A model generated the notes under the pieces. It saw only the letters and a program-made list of their open reading frames with translations, did not search any database and had not been told where the DNA came from. A program made the translations under genes and the position numbers. 64,000 bases of DNA from Octopus sinensis (lineage: Eukaryota): contig NC_043002.1 in NCBI RefSeq assembly GCF_006345805.1, forward strand, positions 58,900,001 to 58,964,000, in the 5' to 3' direction. Each line of letters opens with the position of its first letter. Position 1 is the stretch's first letter. This document shows positions 53,840 to 64,000 of the stretch, piece by piece.

Positions 53840-55291
53840 CTTTGAATAAGAAAGAAAAATAAAACAATAAAAAACAAAATAAATATGAAAATAATTCAAG
53901 TTTTGGATTCATGAATGACAAAAAAAAAAAACTTGGCTCTGCACTGTTTATTGGATTGAAATCCAGGCTGGTTCCATGTAAAGGGCACCGGCGCTGGTGC
54001 TATATAGAAAGTATCCAACACACTCTGTAAAGTGGTTAGTGTTAGGAAGGGCATCCAGCCATTGAAACCTTGCCAAAATCAAGCATTGGGCCTCACAGCA
54101 GCAAAGTGGCTGAGTTGCTTTTGAATATTGGGCCTCATGGAGGCAATGACCAAAACCTTTGGCATTGCATCGTGCCCGAGAAGAAGACCCATCAAGCTGA
54201 ACAGTCACACAAATTGGCGCCCATGTCACTGTGTTTGGTGTTAGGAAGGGCATCCAGTCATAGAAAACCATGCCAAATCAGACTGGAGTCTGGTGCAGCT
54301 TTCTAACTTAACTGGCCAGCCTGCTCAAACCGTCTAACCCATGCCAACATAGACAATGGATGTTAAATGATGATGATGATGGAGCTTGACACAGCTCTCC
54401 AGCTTGCTAGCTCCTATCAAACTGTTCAACCCATGCCTACATGGAAAACTGACGTTAAATGATGATGACGAAAATATCAGTTAGATCATTATATGTAGCA
54501 GATAATTTTAGCCACTTAGAATTAAGAAGCCCCGAACCAATGGTCTTCAACAAGGGCCATATGACCCATGAGGGGTTGTAAGATTTTGTTCATGAAATTC
54601 ATCAGCAATAAATTGGTTACACTTATTCAACAGAAAAAATAATTCTTTTTAACAATATTTTATATAAAATTCTTCTGATATTTAATTATAAAAATACTAT
54701 TGGATTATTTAAACATTGTATGGCTATAAGGGTCCACCTGCGTAAGATAGGATTCAAAAGGATCCTATAGGTAGAAAATGGTCGAGAACCACTATCCTAA
54801 ATGCTCAAAACCACACAAAATTCTGGCTTAATCTCCTCAAATATCTGTCTTAAAAATGGAAGGGTACAACACATTGGATATGACACTCCTGGATTAAATG
54901 AAAAATGTAACTGAGATGGTCACAGATGGAATGACTTTGACCAGAGTTCTGACTGACTACAGAAATGACCTGGTGCCAAGGAATTTTTATGTGCAAAAGG
55001 TAAAACTGTTTCATGTATGGTGCTGAATGGTAGTGAAATGTGGACATTACCAAACCCAGCAGAAACCACCTCAGGCTCTGTAATAAAAATGTCTTGTTTT
55101 CAGAAGTTTTGAATTAAAATCCTTCACCAAACCTTAGTCACAATTTATGCTCCTAACATTAGCTTAATGGTAAAAAAATTATTTTACTAAATTCTTTGTT
55201 ATATTTAAAGTAATTGAAAGAAACACAGAGCATCTTGACAGAAATATGGTAAGAAAAGGGTTAAAATATATAATAGAGAAACAATTCTTAA

Positions 55292-55512
55292 CCCTTTTGA
55301 TATCAACCCGGCTGAAACAGTCTCTGACTCTGTAGTACAAATGTCTTGTTTTGATAAGTTTTGAATTAAAATCTTCCATCAAACCTTGGTCACAATTTAT
55401 GCTCCTAACACTAGCATAATGATAACTAAGTTATTTTACTAAATTCGTTGTTATATTTAAAGTAATTGAAAGAAACACAGAACATCTCAACAGAAATACA
55501 GTAACGAAAGGG
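55292..55512. mobile_element. piggyBac-type MITE of a second family; related copies at 52987-53227 and ~55050-55260
   Basis: TTAA|CCCTTT...AAAGGG|TTAA; internal sequence shared among the copies. Confidence 0.8.
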
Positions 55513-56188
55513 TTAAGCATTGATTTGTAGACTGGAGAGAAATGAGGCAAGCATTATAAATATACATCACACTGTTATGGAACCCCTCTGTACTACTTAT
55601 ACCCCTCTACATTGTTGGTAGGTTCCAATACATCTTCAGCACCATTTATTTCTCTCTCTCTCACCTGTTTCCATCTTTCTCTAACTCTCTCTCCTCTTCC
55701 ACTCCTGGGGTAGCCAAATATCTCCCCTATAGTAAGACAACTATTATATTCTGTCCCTCTATCACACTATCCTCTTGCTTGGCACACAGCAATGTCCCTC
55801 AGTTCCACCCCTACCCTTTCAACTAAGTAGTCTTTGTTTTGCAAGTTATTTGGCAACCCTGCTGATGCTGGTGCCATGTAAAAAGTACCTGTGTCAGTGC
55901 TTTGTCCATGGAGCACAAGAGATAATAAATTAAAATTAAGTGCAGAGTGAAAGAGTTGTGTGATGATGGCAAAAAGTGCCTTGGGGCAGAAGAAATGAAA
56001 AGAAGTTGTGATGTTAATTATCAGAATGTTTGTGCTCTGCCCAGGTATGAAGACACAAGGCCAAGATAAGTAAGAATTCAATATATTGTAAACAAATTCA
56101 ATTCATATCTGCACAAAAAGACGTAAATTAAAATGAGAGAGGGAACGTTTGATTCCAAAACCAAATCTTTAGGAACAAGCATACTTAC

Positions 56189-56292
56189 TCTGATAAGGCT
56201 AGTTCTGTGGTCATCTCGTCGTCTTTGTTAAAAAGTAAAATAAGGAAGTGATAACGCGTCTGACCTTGCTTTATAGGTGGATCCAAGCTGAC
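56189..56292 (-). CDS. SSRP1: SSRP1 coding exon: VSLDPPIKQGQTRYHFLILLFNKDDEMTTELALS(E)
   Basis: SLDPPIKQGQTRYHFL motif; tctttcAG / GTaagt; 104 nt, phase 0/2. Confidence 0.97.
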
Positions 56293-56442
56293 CTGAAAGA
56301 CAAAGATCACAAATAGAAAGACCATGGGTTATATTGTTACTGGTTTACATTTAACAACAGGGTTGGCGTGGTCAAGAGGTTTGCTTCCAGACCACATGGT
56401 TCTGGGTTCAGTGCCCACTATGTAGCACCTCGGCCAAGTATA

Positions 56443-56880
56443 GTTCTACATTTAAGAGATGAGGAATTATGAGCATTATTTACATTGTTTACATTTGACG
56501 GATATTTGTCTTCATCTTGTTTCTTGTTAACACATTTCGGCTGATATACCCTCCAGCCTTCACCAGGTGTCTTGGAGAAATTTCGCACCTGGGTTCTCAT
56601 TCCTAAGGTATTTTTCGATGTTATTATTATTATTATATTATTATTATTATTATTATTCAGGTCACTGCCTGGAAACGAACTCAGAATCTTGGGGTTAGTA
56701 GCCAGCACTCTTAACCGCTACACCATATGCCCGTGACTTGAATAATAATAACATCGAGAAATACCTTAGGAATGAGAACCCAGGTTTGAAATTTCCCCAA
56801 GACAAATGATGAAGGATGGAGGATATATCAGCCGAAATGTGTTAACAACAAACAAGATGAGGACAAATATCCGTCAAATA
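56443..56880. mobile_element. Palindromic tRNA-headed hammerhead retroposon (copy 3), inserted in a SINE within an SSRP1 intron
   Basis: Same junction (56729-56734); right arm lacks the tRNA head; host SINE sequence gcacc/ttgg.caagt is duplicated on both sides; cores mutated (CUGGUGA, AUGAUGA). Confidence 0.75.
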
Positions 56881-57644
56881 ATGCACTTGGGCAAGTGTCT
56901 TCTACTATAGCCTTGGGCCAACCAAAGCCTTGTGAGTGGATTTGGCAGGTGGAAACTGAAAGAAGCCTGTCATGTATATGTATGAAAATGTGTTTGTGTG
57001 TATATGTTACTATCTCTATGACTTCACATCATGTGATACTTGTGAGTGCCACCACTATGCAAGCGATATCCTTCCTTAGCAATCTTCCAGGAAAACATGT
57101 TGGCTATCATTATCACCATCATGATCATCATGTAACATCTGTTTTCCATGCTGGCATGGGTTGGACATTTTTGACTGGAGCTGGAAAGCTGCAGAGTTGC
57201 GTGGCTTGGTTTCAATGGTTGGATGACAACCACTTCACAGCTTGGTGCTTCTTGGTTGGCAAAAGAAAGGGCATCCAGTCGTAGGAAATCTGCCTCATCC
57301 AAGCAAGCATGGAAAAGTGGAAGATAAAACAATGATGATGATGATGATACTACATATAAAGAGCAGCAAGCTGGCAGGATCGTTAGCACACTGGGCAAAA
57401 TGCTTAGCAGTATTTTGTCTGCCATTACATTCTGAGTTCAAATTCTGCTGAGGTTGACTTTGCCTTTCATCCTTTCAGGGTTGATTAAATAAGTACCAGT
57501 TATGCACTAGGGTCGATGTAATCGACTTAAACCCTTTGTTTGTCCCTTCTATGTTTAGCCCCCTGTGGGCAATAAAGAAATAGATATTACATAAAAAGTT
57601 ATCATGAAATTATAAAGATGGACATAAGGGGCCAAACCACTTAC

Positions 57645-57780
57645 CACAAAAAACATCTGTCGTCTGTCATTGTGTGGAAGTAAGAAAAGCCGAAGTACAG
57701 TGGCATAAGGAATTTTGTAATCAAATGTTTTACCATGGAGTTGGAGAAATGTAGGGTAGATCTTGATATCATATCGACCT
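57645..57780 (-). CDS. SSRP1: SSRP1 coding exon: (R)[45 protein letters not shown]
   Basis: Closely matches the SSRP1 middle domain; ctgtttccAG / GTaagt; 136 nt, phase 2/0. Confidence 0.97.
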
Positions 57781-58601
57781 CTGGAAACAGAAAGAAAAAA
57801 AGAAATTAGATGAGAGCAAGCAATTTACAGAAATACATATATACATGCATCCACACTGTAAAGTGGTTGGCATTTGGAAGAGCATCCAGCTAAAACTATG
57901 CCAAAGTAGAACTTGTTAGTGCCATGTAAAAAACACCCAGTTCACTATGTAAAGATGGCATTAGGAAGGGCATCCAGCTGTAAAAAAAAACATGCCAAAA
58001 CAGACCTCACTGGTGCTGGTGCCATGTAAAGACGCATCCTTAATGCTCAGAATAATTCCAAGTGTTTATGAACGTCTTGTAGTGTCCCATGGGTCAATAC
58101 TGACATCTTACTGACCTCTGTTATTGTGGATGGGCAGATAGTACTTAGCAAAGAACATGCAGTGTTTGGATAATCAGAGCAAAATTTAAATGGGCTGGGC
58201 TGCATAAGAGACAGAGAGAGTGTGTGTGTGTGTTGTCTACGGAGTCTGTTGCTGTCTTTCCTGTGTACATGTCCCAACCAAAGTAAATTTCTATCAATGA
58301 GGATTTCCATCATCAGGGGTAGATCAGCATACCGGAAGATCTCTTCGTTCTTGATCTTGCCAAACAGAGTGATAGTAATTTGAAAAAGAAACTGCGGAAG
58401 ACTTAGACTAAGATTGAAAAATACTGCAAAATGGAAAATGAAGTGGAAAGGAATAGATTATGATAAATGGCAAACTCAAGTGAAAAACCAACCAGTGTGG
58501 AGAAAACTAATCAAGTCATGCTAAGCTACAAACAGTCACAGGTGTGACAACTGCAGGTAAGATATGTGATATGAGTTTGAGCTACATAGAAATCAATATA
58601 C

Positions 58602-58881
58602 CTGGGTGTAAGACATTGTACTTGATCGAATGTAACAATAGCATCGCCTGTAGCCTGGATAATGTCTGCTTTGGACATGACATTTTTGTAGAAGTCTTGC
58701 ACGACATCCTTTTCCAGTTCAGATGGGATGTGAAAGCGCAGCTCCATCAACGACACAGCAGCATCATCGTTCTGGTGAAATTCCAAAGTGACTTCATTTT
58801 TGTTTGTTGTTGCATGTGAGACATTGGTCAAAGGAATTTCGAAAGCCATGTTTTTCTCAACTTCAAAATTGAGGGCATTAC
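58602..58881 (-). CDS. SSRP1: SSRP1 coding exon: (G)NALNFEVEKNMAFEIPLTNVSHATTNKNEVTLEFHQNDDAAVSLMELRFHIP...KADIIQATGDAIVTFDQVQCLTP(R)
   Basis: KNEVTLEFHQNDDA and QATGDAI motifs; ctttttacAG / GTatat; 280 nt, phase 1/2. Confidence 0.97.
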
Positions 58882-58897
58882 CTGTAAAAAGGAGAAC

Positions 58898-59340
58898 ATT
58901 ATTATTGAGTGAGAGAGAAGTGCATGCCGTCAAAATGACAGTGGGGTACAAATATATGAAGTCCAATATACCCATCATGACTGACCATCTGATAAGGGTA
59001 GTCATGATGGATACATTCATCACAACTATCTGTATGACATGGTGACCTCATATCAAGATAAACAGCACATGACCATGTAGGGAGGGCCCAGCTAGAACTT
59101 TCTTCAGATCGTAGCACATCCCACACAAAAGGTCTCTGAACAAGGGTTGTTTAAGAATGATGAATAAAACACTCATGTTTCCAGGAGTGAATTATTCAAA
59201 CCCCAAAGAATCCCTCTTAACACATGGCAATGATGCTCCCCCACTACTCCTGCTTGAGATAAATGTAAGGGACATGCTCAATTGGTTAAGGACTAGCAAC
59301 TGACAAGCAAATCTGTAGTATTGAGCAGAATATTCGCTGC
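58898..59340 (-). repeat. (AAT)n-flanked repeat copy, opposite orientation, 16 nt from an SSRP1 acceptor
   Basis: Plus strand reads attattattgagtgagagag..., the reverse complement of the family 3' end; exon starts at 58881. Confidence 0.85.
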
Positions 59341-60944
59341 AACCCTGGCAGGTTTTATGTGGCAACAGCAAAGTTACAGGTAACTTACAAGATAAGAACC
59401 CCGCTGCCAAGTGATGAAGGGTTAGAGTGTGAATAGAGAGACAGAAACAGTTTTTCAGTGAATGCGAAACCTTAGCAGAGAGAGAGAGAGAGAGAAAAGA
59501 GATGATAGAGAATAATGTGATGGGGTGGAATACACTCCAGTTACTGGGAGGTGTATATAAATGGAACCAAGGATTGGAGGGGATGAGTGGGGTGGAAAGC
59601 TCATGAGAGTGTGAAAGAGAATTGTATTTGTCAAGGTGGTGAGCTGGTAGAATTGTTAGCACGTCAGGCAAAATGAATAAAGGCATTGCATCCATCTTTA
59701 CAGTCTGAGTTCAAATTCCACTGAAGTTGACTTTGCCATTCATCCTTTTGGGGATGATGAAATAAGTACCAGCTGAAAACTGGGGGGGGAGTCGATGTTA
59801 TTCACTTATTTCCCTCTTCGCAAATTTGAAGCCTTGTTCCTGTAGTAGAAAGGATTATTTGTCCATTGGTTAACCATTTACCTAATTAATTATCTGATTA
59901 ATTGTTTGGTTAATCAATCAGTCATCAGTCAGCTAGATTAATCAATCCCTTTGCCACCATTTTTCAACCTCATTAATGACATACTCCTGCTACTCCAACG
60001 AGTTCACATCAAGAATCTTGCAAACCGAATACGAAAAATCCAAATTGTTTACTAATATTAAAACTGGAAATTGCATCATCAACCAGACTCTTGGATGTTG
60101 TTATACATCGCTGGTCACAATGCACTTTTGCATTGTTTTAGCTTGATTAAAGCAGGTCAACATTTGCCCTGACTGAAAGCTAGTTTGTCAGGGTTACCCA
60201 TTTATAACTGAGTAGACTAGAGCAGTGGTTCCCAAAGTGGGAAGTACTGACCCTTGGGGGTGGTGGAAAGATCCATGAGGATGATAATGGGGTGATAGAT
60301 GTAAAATCTAAAATATTAATAGGTTAATTAGGTTTAAGTTTTATTTGGAAATACAGTTGCTTTGAATTTGCTGTAGGAAGTGGTCTATATTTATTTCTTT
60401 ATTGCTCACAAGGGGCTAAACAAGGACAGACAAAGGGATTAAGTCAATTATATCTACCCCAGTGCGTAACTGGTACTTATTTAATCGACCCCAAAAAGGA
60501 TGAAAGGCAAAGTCAACCTTGGTGGAAATACCGCTAAGCATTTTGCCCGGCGTGCTAACGATTCTATATTTGTGGTGGGGAAGGAGGGGGTGCTAGGAAT
60601 GTGGCCTGGGTATCGAGGGGATGACAGCCTGAAAAAGTTTGGGAACACCTGACTAAAGCAACATGAAATGTAGTGTTTCACTCAAGAACAGAGGGCATCA
60701 CTTGGTCCAGGAATTGAACTCAAGATCTAGTGATTGCGAATGCAACACCCTAACCACCAAGCCATGGCCTTCACAAAACTGAAAATAATTATTTTAGATT
60801 CTGAAAATTAAAATTAAGATAAATTCTAGAAAAAAAAAAAAAACTGGTAGAAATTGAAAAAATTGAACTGCAAAAATCTGGAAGTTTACAACTCATATTA
60901 GAAATGTAAATAAACATTTGTAAAACAAACAAAAAAAAACTCAC

Positions 60945-61050
60945 CTCTAAAACGGGTCACACCCCAGTTCCAGCCTCTAACAGAACAATCTACTTTCTCC
61001 AAGGTGGTATCATAATGTTTCATAACAAATGATGACAATTTGTCGTATTC
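60945..61050 (-). CDS. SSRP1: SSRP1 coding exon: EYDKLSSFVMKHYDTTLEKVDCSVRGWNWGVTRFR(G)
   Basis: Diagnostic GWNWG motif; ttttgttcAG / GTgagt; 106 nt, phase 0/1. Confidence 0.95.
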
Positions 61051-62033
61051 CTGAACAAAACCAGAAAGCAATGTCAAAGATATATATATATATATATCAC
61101 ATTTATTGGCTTATGTCTTGAATATTTTGCTAACAGATTATCTATGAATATATTTGCTTGAGAAGATTCGTCAAGCCAATGCTGGTGTTATATAACAGGC
61201 ACTTGTGCCAGTGGCACATAAAGAGCACCTTTCAAGCATTGGGCCTCACGAAGGCAAAGTGGCTGAGTTCCTTTCAAGTGCTGGCCCTCACAGAGGCAAT
61301 GACCAAGACCTTTGGCATTATGTTGTGCTTGAAAAGACCCATCAAGCCAAGCAGGCCTGGCATCAATCATGTTCAGATAGTGCTTTTTACGTGCCACCAG
61401 CACAGGGGCCAGTCAGGGGGTACTGGCATTGGCCACGTTCGGATGGTGCGTTTTACATGCCGCCAGAACAGGAGCCACTCAGGCGGGCCTGACATCAACC
61501 ATGTTTGGACAGTGCCTTTTATATGCCACCAGCACAGGTGAAAAAAAAAATGGGAATTTGAAAGAAGTATATTAAAACTAGTTTTTAAATATCAAATAGT
61601 GATGAGGGGGATCCACCAGATTAAAATATATAAAAAAAAAAGGTGGGGGGAATCCACAGATAAGAAATGGTTGAGAACTACTGACCTACACTTTTAGTAT
61701 TATTTTGCTGCTCTTCATCCTTTTCCTGCACTGCAAGTCATCACCTCCTCTCTCCTGAGCCATTTCTATAGACACCTACTTTTTATTCTTATTACCTTCA
61801 ACTATTTCACACATAGAAAATTACTATTTGTAAATCTCACAACAATATCTGTGTATCACGATTTCCGGGTTATTTCCCTTCATCAGCACAGAATAATTGT
61901 TCGGCTAGAGATGGCGCTGCCAAATTCCCATTCAAAATATATAGTTTTCAAAGTGACAACTAGTCACTGATTTATAAATTAGAAAATTACTATTTGTAAA
62001 TCTCACAATATATTCAGCAACAGTACTTTGGCA

Positions 62034-62245
62034 TAAAGATTGTTTGCTAACATAACATGGCAGTCCCGATTTAGGATACTGTTTTGAGCTGAGTGGGGTT
62101 GCTGGATTTTTCACATTATCTCCAGCTGGCTATACGACACAAATCGTGTCGTATAGCCAGCTGGAGATGATGTCTTCTGAGGCTAAATTACAGCAACATT
62201 CGTTCTAAACCGGGACTGCCATGTTATGTTGGCAAATAATCTTTA
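62034..62245. repeat. Nested inverted-repeat element (MITE-like) with a perfect central hairpin
   Basis: Outer arms 62034-62076 / 62203-62245; perfect 23-bp stem with a 5-nt loop at 62118-62168. Confidence 0.85.
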
Positions 62246-62906
62246 CTTCACTCTTGTTCATTCATAACATTTACTTCTATTCCAATCTATCATCTCTCAT
62301 TCCTACATTTAATCTCCCACCGCTTACATTTAATAAAATACATAGCATACATTGAAATCATAATATACAATTTAATAAACTGTAAAACAGCTTAATAACA
62401 CATTACAACTCATAGGTGATAGCAGCGTTGATCCAAGACATTCTTCTACACCTCCAGCACATTGTTTCTCATGGGAGCAAATGTGACTGATAAGACCAAT
62501 ATGAGATACACAGATCCTGTGGCACTGATGGTGAGACTGAACAACAGCCTCAAGGAGTAGATGGTGATATCTCCTCCTCTCTTCATGCAGTCACTAGTGT
62601 CTGGTTTGGAAGCTCTCTACTCCAGCAGCATACAGATTTCCAAGCCTTCTGATTAACAGCCAGGGCCACAAACTGATTGGGGGTGACAGTACAGAAAATG
62701 AGAAACTGCTCAAGATGATCATGGAAATGAAGCTTTGGATGTCCACAAGGCCTACCTCAAGTCTTGATCTCACTGAAGAAAACTGTCTTTGGGAGTTGGT
62801 TGCTCAACATCCGAGCCACATGACCAACCCACACCTGATACAAACTAACATAAACAATAGTTAAATAATAATAATAATTATGATAATAAAAATAACATAA
62901 ACTTAC

Positions 62907-63092
62907 TGATTCTCGTATTCCATCGTAGCGGTGTATTATTCCACTTTGAAGTATAATCTTGAGGCAATTGCCACAGGCACGTTTCAGCCAACAGACAGAT
63001 TCAATATCACTGCTTGAATATTGATCGACTTTACCAGTCTTTAAGTTCTTGAACACCACATTTTCTCTTTGAAGTTTTAATTTGCCAGGATT
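62907..63092 (-). CDS. SSRP1: SSRP1 coding exon (first in window), N-terminal PH domain: NPGKLKLQRENVVFKNLKTGKVDQ...HRYDGIRES
   Basis: FKNLKTGKVD and YDGIRES match SSRP1 FKNSKTGKVD and YDGFRES; acceptor ttgtttAG, donor GTaagt; 186 nt, phase 0/0. No start-codon exon found within the window. Confidence 0.95.
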
Positions 63093-63289
63093 CTAAACAA
63101 CAAAACATGAGATTGCATTAACCCTTTTAGTCCAGAGGTGGGGAAACATTTTAGTGTGGTGGACAAAAATTTCCAATGAAAAGGTCTGTGAGCAGACCAC
63201 AAGTTCTGACTTTTATATCTGTGTAAATCTTGTATATATCTATGTATAATTTGATATTTTCTTCCGACCAGTCCATCAGATGTAGTTAC

Positions 63290-63550
63290 ACATCGCTGGT
63301 CACAATGCGTTCGCATTGTTTTAGCCTTCAGATGACGCCACCCCGCTGGCTAAGCGAGCAGGCCAACAGAGGAAAGAGTGTGAGAAAGAGTGGGTGAAAG
63401 AGTACAGCAGGGATCACCACCCCCTGCCGGAGCCTCGTGGAGCTTTTAGGTGTTTTCACTCAATAAACACACACAATGCCCGGGAATCGAAACCGCGATC
63501 CTACGACCGCGAGTCCGTTGCCTTAACCACTGGGCCATTGCGCCTCCACT
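63290..63550 (-). mobile_element. Young tRNA-derived SINE of a third family (older copies at ~2690-3020 and ~11290-11600)
   Basis: Minus strand head ggcccagtggttaaggcaacggactcgcggtcgtaggatcgcggtttcgattcccg with A and B boxes; CpGs intact. Confidence 0.7.
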
Positions 63551-63917
63551 ATTTGACATACATTAATAAAAGATATGTTTAACACATTAAATTAATGCAT
63601 AACATCTCCATTAACACTGCCACTGAATTTAGGATGTTTATATTACTTATGAGGTATACTATATTTTTCAGCTAGAGTTGGGTCTCAAGGGGGTGGTACA
63701 AACCTAGCAATATGTGTTTTATAGTGAAAACAAAATTTCCATTCAAATGGCAATTACTGGACGATTTCTGTTCGAGTCTAAACATTTTAAGTTGTAGTGG
63801 AAAAGCAACCTATGTCTCAAAAATAGGTATATGAATATTGTATAAATTTTACAATTGAAAGGTTTCTTATATTTTGTACATACGAGTATATCGGCCTGCG
63901 GATGCAACAAAATGTGC

Positions 63918-64000
63918 TTACAGAATCATTTGGGGGACATAACTTTCACAAGCCAGGAAGAGGTCGAAACTGACATTTCAAAGTTCTTTGCTTTGAAACC
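63918..64000 (+). mobile_element. Mariner transposase C-terminal fragment (LQNHLGDITFTSQEEVETDISKFFALKP), cut by the window end
   Basis: Resembles the mariner C-terminal LQN.L.G..F...EEV......FF..KP pattern. Confidence 0.6.

Noticed and set aside
53826-53845. AAG acceptor with a competing CAG 13 nt downstream
   Set aside because: Only the AAG keeps the frame and homology; the alternative would frameshift, and there is no evidence it is used.
55767-56110. Possible extra or alternative SSRP1 exon after the acceptor-like gtgcAG near 56110
   Set aside because: No SSRP1 similarity; the 56189 to 53839 join already gives a continuous, complete protein.
58030-58170. C/D snoRNA-like frame (CUGAUUA...CUGA with a short stem) on the minus strand
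   Set aside because: Non-canonical C box, no recognisable rRNA guide, and adjacent to RTE remnants.
580-63582. Most ORFs in the supplied track ([16 protein letters not shown] types and SINE-derived frames)
   Set aside because: They arise from microsatellites and SINE/LINE consensus frames, with no splice-consistent or homologous protein signal.

Overview
AT-rich, repeat-dense eukaryotic DNA. The SINE families, RTE fragments and microsatellites suggest an octopus or another coleoid cephalopod (inference). The right half carries an almost complete SSRP1 gene (FACT subunit) on the minus strand. I reconstructed 15 coding exons by hand (63092 to 38082, 2169 nt including the stop, all GT-AG, frame continuous); the first ~18 codons appear to lie beyond the window. 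A second minus-strand gene seems to start at 24992 (MAAENKRPPVTISELVQ then GTAAGT), but I found no further exon for it. The rest is transposon-derived: a near full-length dead mariner, Helitron/Helentron non-autonomous elements, piggyBac-type and foldback MITEs, RTE, R4/Dong-like and Tx1-like LINE fragments, and many tRNA-derived SINEs. Best leads: (1) a tRNA-headed retroposon with a minimal hammerhead ribozyme, present three times as a head-to-head palindrome; (2) two inverted copies of one repeat sitting 16 nt and 25 nt from the outer splice sites of a five-exon SSRP1 block, a back-splicing/dsRNA geometry; (3) several long hairpin elements that could be ADAR substrates; (4) a seven-copy CGTCTGGT motif cluster upstream of the orphan first exon. 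Apart from mobile-element fragments and a few ORFs overlapping SSRP1 exons, the supplied ORFs are spurious. Identities are eyeballed and no searches were run.
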